A DNA stretch of 25,615 bases from Okeania sp. (GTDB taxonomy: Bacteria; Cyanobacteriota; Cyanobacteriia; Cyanobacteriales; Microcoleaceae), in contig NZ_JAYKGW010000112.1 of the NCBI RefSeq assembly GCF_035285525.1, forward strand, positions 1 through 25,615. Reading direction: 5' to 3'. The notes beneath the pieces are model-generated. The model had not been told where the DNA came from and did not search any database. It saw nothing but the letters and a program-made list of their open reading frames with translations. The translations under genes and the position numbers were made by a program. This document shows positions 16,569-25,306 of this stretch, one piece after another. The stretch's first letter is position 1; every line of letters begins with the position of its first letter.

Positions 16569-16600
16569 GTAGGGACGCTCCATGGAACGTCCCTACTTTT
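16569..16600 (+). terminator. near-perfect 28-nt palindrome followed by a T-run; candidate intrinsic terminator
   Basis: The sequence is GTAGGGACGCTCCATGGAACGTCCCTAC followed by TTTT. The 9-bp outer stem pairs 16569-16577 with 16588-16596. Confidence 0.6.
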
Positions 16601-16659
16601 ATAATAAAAATTGTTCTATTTTTGAGAAACAATCTGTGACCGAAAAATAACTTCAAGAC

Positions 16660-16820
16660 TTAGGCAAAGAAACCCGGTTTCTGGGTTCGCCTAATCCAGT
16701 TCCCCCCTTACAAAGGGGGGTTAGGGGGGATTTATCTTTAATTCTCTCCCTGCCCTAGCCTCCTTTATTTGTAAGGGGGGAGCTTTATCCCCCCCTTTCC
16801 CCCCTTACAAAGGGGGGAGT
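16660..16820. repeat. cluster of G/C-run palindromes (CCCCCCTTACAAAGGGGGG twice plus partial copies, and AGAAACCCGGTTTCT)
   Basis: Perfect 19-nt palindromes lie at 16702-16720 and 16799-16817. GGGGGG...CCCCCCC lies at 16775-16797, and AGAAACCCGGTTTCT lies near 16669-16683. Confidence 0.8.
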
Positions 16821-16839
16821 AATATACTGATAACTGAAA

Positions 16840-18069
16840 ATGACTGTTACACCTTTAAATCCAACTACAACTCAACAACCAGATTCCTTGGGCAGATATG
16901 GCCAGTTTGGCGGTAAATATGTCCCAGAAACATTAATGCCTGCCCTCTTTCAACTAGAGGCAGCTTACAAACAATATAGTCAAGACCCGACTTTTCAACA
17001 AGAACTACAACAATTATTAAAAGATTATGTAGGTCGTCCTAGTCCTCTCTATTTTGCCGAACGTCTGACTGCTCATTATGCTAGACCAGATGGCACAGGA
17101 CCACAAATATATTTGAAACGGGAAGATCTCAACCATACTGGAGCGCACAAAATTAATAATGCTTTAGCACAAGCTTTATTAGCTTGCAGAATGGGCAAAA
17201 AACGGATTATTGCGGAAACAGGTGCAGGTCAACATGGTGTTGCTACTGCTACAGTTTGCGCTCGGTTTGGTTTGGAGTGTGTGATCTATATGGGCGTTCA
17301 CGATATGGAACGTCAAGCTCTGAATGTATTCAGAATGCAACTGATGGGAGCGGATGTGCGGCCAGTAGAAGCTGGTACGGGTACTCTGAAAGATGCGACT
17401 TCGGAAGCTATTCGCGACTGGGTGACAAATGTGGAGACTACTCATTATATTTTGGGTTCGGTTGCCGGACCTCATCCTTACCCAATGATGGTGCGTGATT
17501 TTCATGGGGTTATTGGGGTGGAAACCCGCGCTCAATGTTTGGAAAAGTGGGGCGGTTTACCTCATATTTTGATGGCGTGTGTTGGCGGTGGTTCTAATGC
17601 GATGGGTTTATTCCATGAGTTTATGAATGATACGTCAGTGCGAATGATCGGTGTGGAAGCTGCTGGCGAGGGAGTTGATACTAATAAGCACGCTGCAACT
17701 TTGACTCTGGGTCGTGTGGGTGTGTTGCATGGAGCGATGAGTTATTTGTTGCAGGATGAGGAAGGTCAGATAATAGAACCCCATTCTATTAGTGCTGGTT
17801 TAGATTATCCTGGAGTCGGTCCTGAACATAGTTTTTTGAAGGATAGCGGTAGAGCGGAGTATTATAGTGTGACTGATAAGGAAGCGGTGGATGCTTTTCA
17901 ACGTTTGTCTCAGTTGGAGGGTATTATTCCGGCGCTGGAAACTGCTCATGCGATCGCTTATTTGGAAACTCTTTGTCCGCAGTTAAGTGGTAGTCCGCGT
18001 ATTGTGTTGAACTGTTCGGGACGTGGGGATAAGGATGTACAAACTGTGGCGAAGTTTTTGGAAGGATAG
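16840..18069 (+). CDS. trpB: tryptophan synthase beta chain
   Basis: The PLP-lysine motif HTGAHKINN is present, along with [20 protein letters not shown] and the [11 protein letters not shown] blocks. No trpA lies in the window. Confidence 0.95.
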   Translation: MTVTPLNPTTTQQPDSLGRYGQFGGKYVPETLMPALFQLEAAYKQYSQDPTFQQELQQLLKDYVGRPSPLYFAERLTAHYARPDGTGPQIYLKREDLNHTGAHKINNALAQALLACRMGKKRIIAETGAGQHGVATATVCARFGLECVIYMGVHDMERQALNVFRMQLMGADVRPVEAGTGTLKDATSEAIRDWVTNVETTHYILGSVAGPHPYPMMVRDFHGVIGVETRAQCLEKWGGLPHILMACVGGGSNAMGLFHEFMNDTSVRMIGVEAAGEGVDTNKHAATLTLGRVGVLHGAMSYLLQDEEGQIIEPHSISAGLDYPGVGPEHSFLKDSGRAEYYSVTDKEAVDAFQRLSQLEGIIPALETAHAIAYLETLCPQLSGSPRIVLNCSGRGDKDVQTVAKFLEG

Positions 18070-18079
18070 TTAATTTTTT

Positions 18080-18204
18080 AATAATGGATAATTGATAATT
18101 ACTTTTTCCTAAAAGGAAGAGGATTAAATAAAAGGAAAAAATTTATTTTTTTCCCTTTTAAAAGGGAAGCTTTCAACCTTAATTATTTAATTATTTAATT
18201 ATTT
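18080..18204 (+). mobile_element. MITE-like element copy M2, without a nested insert
   Basis: It reads AATAATGGATAATTGATAATTACTTTTTCCTAAAAGGAAGAGGATTAAATAAAAGGAAAAAATTTATTT...TTTCCCTTTTAAAAGGGAA...AATTATTTAATTATTTAATTATTT. It begins 11 nt after the trpB stop. Confidence 0.6.
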
Positions 18205-18220
18205 ACCGAAGAATTAATTT

Positions 18221-18247
18221 GTAGGGGTTTGGTTTCCAAACCCTCTA
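18221..18247. repeat. GTAGGGGTTTGG-loop-CCAAACCC hairpin repeat
   Basis: An 8-bp stem pairs 18225-18232 with 18236-18243. Related copies lie at 1460-1487 and 24239-24266. Confidence 0.65.
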
Positions 18248-18407
18248 AATAGTTTAGTAATTAATATTAACAAGACTTACGCAGTACCGCTGTATCTATT
18301 TATTTATGGGCAAATGCCATTTACCCCTACGTTTGGTGTATTATTGAATATTTTGTGTAAGTTCTGATTAATCATTAAAATACTATAGTTTCCCTAATCT
18401 ATAAATA

Positions 18408-19949
18408 CTAATTACTTTTCTTTGTTGTTTCCTTTTTTGTTTGATTAATAATTGCATCGCAAATATAGTCACATATTCCTTTAACATTCCACGAGTATTT
18501 CCCATCATTACCTGGTAAATTTACCTCCAGTTTTTCTAACTGAATTTTAAATTCTTTTTCTAGTGCCATTTGCAATTCCATTAATACCAATTTAAATTTC
18601 ATATTATCTAATTTATCTACACTAAAACTTGTCTCTAATTCAACTCTTTCTATATTAATTTTCAATTCCTGACTAATTACTTTTTTAACCCTTTCTAAGA
18701 TTTTACTTCTAACTAAAACTTTACTTCTAAGTTTATCGGCATTTTTTTCAGCATCTTTTGTAATTAACTTTAATCCTATTTCTGCAAACTGATTTTCCTC
18801 AAGACTTTCTATGATCTGACTATTTATTAACTCTTCTAATGTCCGATGATAGACTTTAAGAAGATAGGCTTTTATCATCTCTTTTCTGTACCCGACAGGA
18901 ATACCACCAATATTTTCTCCATACTCTTTTTCAATTTCAATTTCTTCTGAATAAACATAATATTTAGGAACTGAATTTTCCATAAACAACATTAAATATG
19001 GATATTCTTGATTATTTTTGGTTTGAACTTGACTCAACAAAACTAGGAATAGTTCATCTAAGTGAGTAAATACAATTCTTAGGTTAGAGGGCAAATCAAA
19101 TTTTTTGCAGTGAACAAGATTAATTTTATTTAACTCTAATTTTAAGTTTTCAGTTAAGAATTTAACAACTATTTTTTTGAAAATAATCAAGTCAAATAAA
19201 TCTCCAACTGTGGTATAAAGTATATTATCTTCCATCTCCAATGGAAATTCTTTTTTTAGTGCTTTAGCTAGAGGAGTATCAGAAAATTTTGTCTCAGTTG
19301 TTAATCCTAAATTATCGATCAGATGACTATCTAAAGTTATTTCCTCTAAACTGACTTTTAAGTATTTACTAATCATATTTTGTACCTTCATAAATTCTGG
19401 AAGCTGATTTTTATCTCTGCCAGACTTTTCTAAAGCTATCTCTATATTTTTAATTCTTTTGGCTTCAATTATCCGTTTTTCTTCCTCAGCTTTCCTGCGA
19501 ATTTCTGATTCAATACGGAGTTTTTCTTCTTCAACTTTCCTCCGCCTTTCTACTTCAAGTACCTTGGTTTTTCTGATTATTTCCTCTTGAATATATTGAA
19601 CAATAAATTCTTTGGAAATTTCCACAAATTCTGATTGAGAAATATTTTCTCTTGTCTGAGTATTTCTGGCTTTATCTATTATTTCATCATAACCATAAAT
19701 TATGAATTTTTTAGTCTCATTTTCTTCAGCATAAACTGTATATTTAGGATTTCCTTTTTCTAACAAAATGAGCAAATATTGATACTTTTGATTATTCTTA
19801 GTTTGGAGTTGATTTAACAAAATTATTTCTAATTGATCTGGATAATTAAATATCTTGATATTTGACTGAGATGGTAAATTAAATTTTTTCCGAGCGACCA
19901 GATTAGAGTTAGAAATATTTTCTCTGATTTCAGTAATTTTTCTGGGCAT
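18408..19949 (-). CDS. hypothetical protein with a two-fold internal duplication of (novel N-domain, helical linker, ACP-like module lacking the conserved Ser)
   Basis: It is a 513-codon open frame in AT-rich DNA. Residues 17-87 align with residues 278-354. Residues 187-255 and 415-500 fit an acyl-carrier-protein helix pattern, but they have LTTE and DNM in place of DSL. Residues 130-165 are coiled-coil KE-rich. Confidence 0.8.
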   Translation of the reverse strand: MPRKITEIRENISNSNLVARKKFNLPSQSNIKIFNYPDQLEIILLNQLQTKNNQKYQYLLILLEKGNPKYTVYAEENETKKFIIYGYDEIIDKARNTQTRENISQSEFVEISKEFIVQYIQEEIIRKTKVLEVERRRKVEEEKLRIESEIRRKAEEEKRIIEAKRIKNIEIALEKSGRDKNQLPEFMKVQNMISKYLKVSLEEITLDSHLIDNLGLTTETKFSDTPLAKALKKEFPLEMEDNILYTTVGDLFDLIIFKKIVVKFLTENLKLELNKINLVHCKKFDLPSNLRIVFTHLDELFLVLLSQVQTKNNQEYPYLMLFMENSVPKYYVYSEEIEIEKEYGENIGGIPVGYRKEMIKAYLLKVYHRTLEELINSQIIESLEENQFAEIGLKLITKDAEKNADKLRSKVLVRSKILERVKKVISQELKINIERVELETSFSVDKLDNMKFKLVLMELQMALEKEFKIQLEKLEVNLPGNDGKYSWNVKGICDYICDAIINQTKKETTKKSN

Positions 19950-20117
19950 TTTTTCTAGGAGTGTTATTTTAGCTATCAGTTATCAGTAAACATCCAATAA
20001 ATTTGGAGCCTTGAAATACTGATTTATCGGGAACCGTGTTAAATATTTTTTATCCCCTTAAAAAGGGAGGCACATACCCTCATTTTTTGGTAAAATTATA
20101 AAAAATTTAGGCGATAA

Positions 20118-21367
20118 AATTATATCATTTTAAACTTATCTAATAAATATTTTATAGCGATCGCCAAATTTTACTTTTCTAATAATCATTAAACAAAGCT
20201 TGTTTTAATTATTCTTATATCTACGGAAATTCCATGAAAATTTTCTACTGATAAAATTTAGAAAAGTTGTTGATAAATGTTATGATATTTATCGTTAATA
20301 CAAGATAATTTTTGATAAAGGATAATGCCAGCTACACCAGAAAGTATCCACAGTTTTCTTAACTATTGTCGAGAATATATTAGTGGTAGAGAAAGAAGTG
20401 ATAGTCAGTTATTTTTAGATAGATTTTTTCAAGCATTTGGATATGCAGGTTTAAAAGAAGCAAGTGCTAAATGTGAAGAGGTAGTTCCTGATGGTAGTCG
20501 CCAGGGAAAAACGGGATTTGCCGATTTATTTTGGCAGGGTGGAAATCTAGCTTCAGTATTAGTTGAAATGAAATCTAAACAGATAAAAAATCTCCATAAA
20601 TATTACGGTCAAACTTGGGAATATGCTAGAAATTTAACACCACAACCAAAATATGTAATTCTCTGTAACTTTGAAGAATTTTGGATTGATGATTTTGACA
20701 GACTTTGTTGATACTCCTATTGATATTATTTCCTTAATTGAATTATATCATTTTAAACTTATCTAATAAATATTTGTTAGCGATCGCCCTCGTTTTACCT
20801 TTCTAATAATTATTAATCGGAGGGGGTACTGATTATTCTTATATGTACAGATATTCCGTGGAACATTTATACTCATAAAATGTATAAAATTCCTCGATAA
20901 ATGGTATTATATTTATCGTTAATACAAGATAATTTTTGATCAAGGATAATGCCAGCTACACCAGAAAGTATCCACAGTTTTCTTAACTATTGTCGAGAAT
21001 ATATTAGTGGTAGAGAAAGAAGTGATGGTTGGTTATTTTTAAATAGATTTTTTCAAGCATTCGGATATGGAGGTTTAAAAGAAGCAGGTGCTAAATATAA
21101 AGAGATAGTTTCTGATGGTAGTCGCCAGGGAAAAACAGGATTTGCCGATTTATTTTGGTCGCGTCAAAATCTAGCTTCAGTATTAGTTGAAATGAAATCT
21201 AAACGGATAAAAAATCTCCATAAACATTACGGTCAAGCTTGGGAATATGCTAGAAATTTAACACCACGACCAAAGTATGTAATTCTCTGTAATTTTGAAG
21301 AGTTTTGGATTTATGATTTTGACAAATTAGTTGATACTCCTATGGATATTATTCCTTTAGTAGAATT
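20118..21367. repeat. tandem duplication (period about 624 bp) of the promoter region plus the first ~140 codons of the MmeI-family gene
   Basis: Copy 1 spans about 20118-20740 and copy 2 about 20741-21367. The two ATGs at 20325 and 20949 are 624 nt apart. The junction has GAATT/AAATT microhomology at about 20738-20744. The copies are diverged: many substitutions in the coding part and more in the upstream part. Confidence 0.9.
20325..20711 (+). pseudogene. truncated, frameshifted duplicate of the MmeI-family N-terminal (PD-D/ExK nuclease) domain
   Basis: The 128-aa product aligns with residues 1-125 of the 953-aa protein, including FADLFW...LVEMKSK. A 1-nt insertion near 20697-20703 (gacagactttgttgat versus gacaaattagttgat) leads to a stop. 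Confidence 0.8.
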
Positions 21368-23810
21368 GCCGGAACGTTTGAATGTTTTTACCTTTATGGA
21401 ACACACTTCAACTATTCCTAAATTTCGTAATTCTCAAGTTGTAGAAGTAACGAAAAGAGCTGCTGAAAGAATGGGAGAATTATTTCAGAAACTTAAAGCT
21501 AGAAGTGGGAGTAATTTTACTGTTGAAGAAGCTCAAATATTTGTACTCCAATCTGTCTTGGCAATGTTTGCTCAATGGCGAGGTTTATTACCAGAAAATC
21601 TGTTTACTAATTCTATTCAAAAATGTCTAAAAGGAGAAAGCACTTATGACATTTTATCTGGTCGTTTATTCCAAGAAATGAATAATCCAGGAATTACAAA
21701 AGTTGGTATGTGTAAAGGTGTAGATTTTTTCAAGGTTGGATTATTTGCGACTATTCCTCAAATTGAATTACATCGAGAAGAATTAGAATATTTAGAAGCT
21801 TCAGCGCAGGAAGATTGGAGTAAAGTTCGACCTACAATTTTTGGTAATATTTTTCAAAGTATGATGGATGAAAAAGAACGTCATGCAGGAGGGATTCACT
21901 TTACTTCAGAAAATGATATTATGAAAATAATTCGACCGACGATTAGTAAATTTTGGGAAGACAAAATTGAGGGAGCTAATACTGTTAAAGAATTAGAATT
22001 TATCAAAACAGAAATGGGGAATTATCGAGTTCTCGATCCTGCTTGTGGTTCGGGAAATTTTCTTTATATGGCTTATCAAGAATTGAAACTTTCCGAACAG
22101 TTATTATTAGATAAATTAGCCGAAATTTCTCAATCATCTCAGTTAGAAAAGGGGTTTGTTACGCCCTTACAATTTTATGGCATAGACAATAATTCTTTTG
22201 CCGTGGAACTAGCACGAGTAACATTAACTATTGCTCGTAAAGTTGCCATTGATAAACTAGGAATAAATGAAACAGTTTTACCTTTAGATACCCTCAACAA
22301 AAATATTGTTTGTAAGGATGCTTTATTTTGTAAATGGCCTCAAGTAGATGCCATTATTGGCAATCCTCCTTTTCAGTCTAAAAATAAAATGCAGGTCGAA
22401 TTAGGTCGTAGTTATCTTAATAAATTAAGAGAGAAATATTCAGAAGTTCCAGGGAGAGCAGATTATTGTGTTTATTGGTTTAGAAAAAGCCATGATGAAT
22501 TACCAGAAAATGGTCGTGCTGGTTTAGTAGGAACTAATACAATACGGCAAAATTATTCTCGCGAAGGAGGGTTAGATTATATTGTTAATTCGGGTACTAT
22601 TACGGAAGCTGTTTCGAGTCAACCTTGGTCTGAAGATGCCGTAGTTTATGTTTCAATTGTTAATTGGGTTAAGGGAAAAGTAATTGGTAAAAAGAAGCTT
22701 TATAATCAAATTGGAGATAAAGAAAATAACTCTTGGGAAATGATGGAACTAGACTATATTAATTCTGCTCTTTCTGCAGGATTTGATGTTACTCAAGCTA
22801 AACGATTAAAGATTAATTCTGATTCCCAAAGTTGTTATCAAGGGCAAACTCACGGACACGAAGGTTTTTTATTAACTCCAGCAGAAGCAAAAGAAATGAT
22901 GGTTAGTTCTAGTAAAAATTCTGAGGTAATTTTTCCTTATTTAACTGGGGATAATTTATTGTCAAGTATTCCACCACAACCACAACGATATGTAATAGAT
23001 TTTTACCCACGAGAAATAGACGAAGCTAAAAAATATAAACTGCCATTTCAACGAATTAAAAAATTAGTTTTACCCATCAGAGAATTAGCAGCAGAAACAG
23101 AAATTAAACGGAATGAAATAGCTCGTAAAAAAAATCCTCAAGCCAAAGTTAATAGACATCATCAAAACTTTCTAGCTAAGTGGTGGTTGCTTTCTTATTC
23201 CAGACCAGAATTAATCCGCAAAATTGCAAATTTATCTCGATATATTGTTTGTAGTAGAGTCACAAAAAGACCTATTTTTGAATTTATTAATTCTGCTATT
23301 CGACCTAGCGATGCTTTACAAGTTTTCCCACTTGATGATGACTATTCTTTTGGTATTTTACAATCAAGTATTCATTGGCTTTGGCTTACCGAACGTTGTT
23401 CAACTTTAAAAGGTGATTTTCGTTATACATCTAATAGTGTTTTTGATACATTTCCCTGGCCGCAAAATCCAACTTCAGAACAAATTATTAATGTGGCAAA
23501 TGCAGCCGTAGAATTAATCAAAGTTCGTCGTCAACTTATGGATAAAAATCAAATTAGCTTGAGAGAAATTTATCAAAATTTAGAGCAAACCAAAAACACA
23601 AAATTACACCAAGCAGAGAAAAATCTTGATAATAAAGTATGTTCTGCTTATGGAATAAAAAATAATGAAGAACCTCTGAAATTTCTCTTTGAACTTAATT
23701 TAGAAGTAGCCAAAATGGAAACTGATAATCAATCAGTTATTTCTCCAGGAATACCGCCTTTTATCACAAATAATAGTAAATTAATTAGTGATAGTTGTAT
23801 AATGGTTTAA
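20949..23810 (+). CDS. MmeI-family single-chain type IIL/IIG restriction-modification enzyme (nuclease, N6-adenine methyltransferase and target-recognition domain)
   Basis: The N-terminal nuclease motif D-x12-ExK is present (FADLFWSRQNLASVLVEMKSK). Other family blocks are AAERMGELF, RPTIFGNIFQSMMD and IHFTSENDIMKIIRP. The methyltransferase motifs are SAM motif I VLDPACGSGNFL and motif IV IIGNPPFQSK. The C-terminal block is YTSNSVFDTFPWP. Confidence 0.9.
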   Translation: MPATPESIHSFLNYCREYISGRERSDGWLFLNRFFQAFGYGGLKEAGAKYKEIVSDGSRQGKTGFADLFWSRQNLASVLVEMKSKRIKNLHKHYGQAWEYARNLTPRPKYVILCNFEEFWIYDFDKLVDTPMDIIPLVELPERLNVFTFMEHTSTIPKFRNSQVVEVTKRAAERMGELFQKLKARSGSNFTVEEAQIFVLQSVLAMFAQWRGLLPENLFTNSIQKCLKGESTYDILSGRLFQEMNNPGITKVGMCKGVDFFKVGLFATIPQIELHREELEYLEASAQEDWSKVRPTIFGNIFQSMMDEKERHAGGIHFTSENDIMKIIRPTISKFWEDKIEGANTVKELEFIKTEMGNYRVLDPACGSGNFLYMAYQELKLSEQLLLDKLAEISQSSQLEKGFVTPLQFYGIDNNSFAVELARVTLTIARKVAIDKLGINETVLPLDTLNKNIVCKDALFCKWPQVDAIIGNPPFQSKNKMQVELGRSYLNKLREKYSEVPGRADYCVYWFRKSHDELPENGRAGLVGTNTIRQNYSREGGLDYIVNSGTITEAVSSQPWSEDAVVYVSIVNWVKGKVIGKKKLYNQIGDKENNSWEMMELDYINSALSAGFDVTQAKRLKINSDSQSCYQGQTHGHEGFLLTPAEAKEMMVSSSKNSEVIFPYLTGDNLLSSIPPQPQRYVIDFYPREIDEAKKYKLPFQRIKKLVLPIRELAAETEIKRNEIARKKNPQAKVNRHHQNFLAKWWLLSYSRPELIRKIANLSRYIVCSRVTKRPIFEFINSAIRPSDALQVFPLDDDYSFGILQSSIHWLWLTERCSTLKGDFRYTSNSVFDTFPWPQNPTSEQIINVANAAVELIKVRRQLMDKNQISLREIYQNLEQTKNTKLHQAEKNLDNKVCSAYGIKNNEEPLKFLFELNLEVAKMETDNQSVISPGIPPFITNNSKLISDSCIMV

Positions 23811-24361
23811 AGTAAGCAGTCAGCTATCAGCTTTTGAAGCAAATCTATAATTTTCGGCCATAAATACATAGTGCTTGCTGATTAAATGTCAAATCATTAA
23901 CAGAGAGATATTAAAGGCTATTTATTGCTCATTGCCAAGCTTCAACAAGAGACTTTTTCAGCAACCTATATATAGGATTTAACAATGTCAGATATATGGT
24001 TGAAAAGTAGAAATTCAAAGAATGTTTGCCATTCATTTTTATTGCCATTGAGCTGAATGCTTGCCGCTTAATAGACCTGCTCTAATGTAAAATTTTTCTT
24101 GATTCCTTAGATTTCCTAGAAAATAGAAAGATGCAGGGTGACACAGACATTTTGCCTGTAAAATAATTACTTCAATGAAAGAAAATCTCCTCTAAAACTT
24201 AGAGTATAATAATCCTAAATAGGTTGTAATATTTTCTTGTAGGGGTTTAGTCTCCAAACCCCCATAGTTTCCACAAATAATTTAGGATTGCTATATTTCG
24301 ATTTTCTCCTGCAAAAAGTAAACTTAAATAAATCGTACATACTAGAGAGTATATTAAATAA

Positions 24362-25306
24362 ATGAATCATAAATATTTTCAACCAATTTTCTGGAGTCTC
24401 ACGATATTTTTGAGTAGTTGTAATTATCAACAATTAACTCAAAACTTACCAGAAATGCTTAATCTCAAACAAATCTATATTTCTATATCAAATGCAGCAG
24501 TTCCACAAGATATTAATCAGTTAGAACAATCTGTATTTGCTCAAATAAATCAATATCGAAAATCTCAAAGTTTACCCCCTCTCCAGTGGGATAATACTAT
24601 TGCTCAACAAGCAAAAATTCATGCTCAACAAATGGCAAATGGAGAAACAACTTTTAGCCATGATGGATTTCAACAAAGAGTAGAAATAATCAAGCAAAAA
24701 ATTCCTTACGGAGGTGGTGCAGAAAACATAGCTCAAAATATGGGTTATAGTAATCCTGGAGAAGTAGCTGTAGAAGGTTGGATTAAAAGTCCTGGTCATC
24801 ATCAAAATATAGTAGGTGACTATGATTTAACAGGTATTGGTATTGCTCAAAATTCTCAAGGAACATATTACTTGAATCAACTTTTTATTAAAACGAGAGC
24901 TTCACTTAATATTAATATTAATCAGTTGGAAAAATCTGTATTTGCTCAAATAAATCAATATCGAAAATCTCAAAGTTTACCCCCTCTCAAGTGGGATAAT
25001 ACTATTGCTCAACAAGCAAAAATTCATGCTCAACAAATGGCGAATGGAGAAACAACTTTTAGCCATGATGGATTTCAACAAAGAGTAGAAATAGTCAAGC
25101 AAAAAATTCCTTACCAGGGTGCTGGGGAAAATATAGCTAATAATCTGGGTTATAATAATCCTGGAGAAGTAGCTGTAGAAGGTTGGATTAAAAGTCCTGG
25201 TCATCATCAAAATATAGTAGGTAACTATGATTTGACAGGTATTGGTATTGCTCAAAATTCTGAAGGAACATATTACTTGAATCAGCTTTTTATTAAGACT
25301 AGATAG
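24362..25306 (+). CDS. secreted lipoprotein with two tandem CAP/SCP/PR-1 (YkwD-like) domains
   Basis: The lipobox is FLSSC. Each half carries QINQYRKSQSLPPL.WDN..AQQAKIHAQQMA...FSH...GENIA...GWIKSPGHHQNI...GIGIA. The internal repeat has a 405-nt period (24512-24898 and 24917-25303). Confidence 0.85.
   Translation: MNHKYFQPIFWSLTIFLSSCNYQQLTQNLPEMLNLKQIYISISNAAVPQDINQLEQSVFAQINQYRKSQSLPPLQWDNTIAQQAKIHAQQMANGETTFSHDGFQQRVEIIKQKIPYGGGAENIAQNMGYSNPGEVAVEGWIKSPGHHQNIVGDYDLTGIGIAQNSQGTYYLNQLFIKTRASLNININQLEKSVFAQINQYRKSQSLPPLKWDNTIAQQAKIHAQQMANGETTFSHDGFQQRVEIVKQKIPYQGAGENIANNLGYNNPGEVAVEGWIKSPGHHQNIVGNYDLTGIGIAQNSEGTYYLNQLFIKTR

Noticed and set aside
16039-16604. Four overlapping ORFs in the track (16039-16305 +, 16188-16412 -, 16268-16513 -, 16401-16604 +)
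   Set aside because: They overlap the low-complexity acidic tail of the 15723-16382 gene or run through the 49/54-bp tandem repeat. The open frames are explained by repeat periodicity and composition.
17179-17535. ORFs on both strands inside trpB (17179-17535 - and 17184-17498 +)
   Set aside because: They are out of frame or antisense to a very confidently identified trpB. The locally higher GC content removes stop codons.
20325-21367. Diversity-generating retroelement (template/variable repeat pair) as an explanation for the two diverged MmeI N-terminal copies
   Set aside because: The substitutions go in both directions and involve all bases (A>G, G>A, C>T, T>C and some transversions). They are not confined to adenines of one copy. 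No reverse transcriptase gene is present.
23224-23409. The 61-aa ORF inside the MmeI-family gene
   Set aside because: It is out of frame within a confidently called CDS.
24215-24433. The 72-aa minus-strand ORF overlapping the start of the CAP gene
   Set aside because: It overlaps the CAP gene's signal-peptide region and a GTAGGGGTTTAG hairpin repeat, and it has no motifs.
24572-25255. Two similar antisense ORFs (24572-24805 - and 24977-25255 -)
   Set aside because: They are antisense to the two copies of the duplicated CAP domain. Their similarity to each other is a by-product of that duplication.
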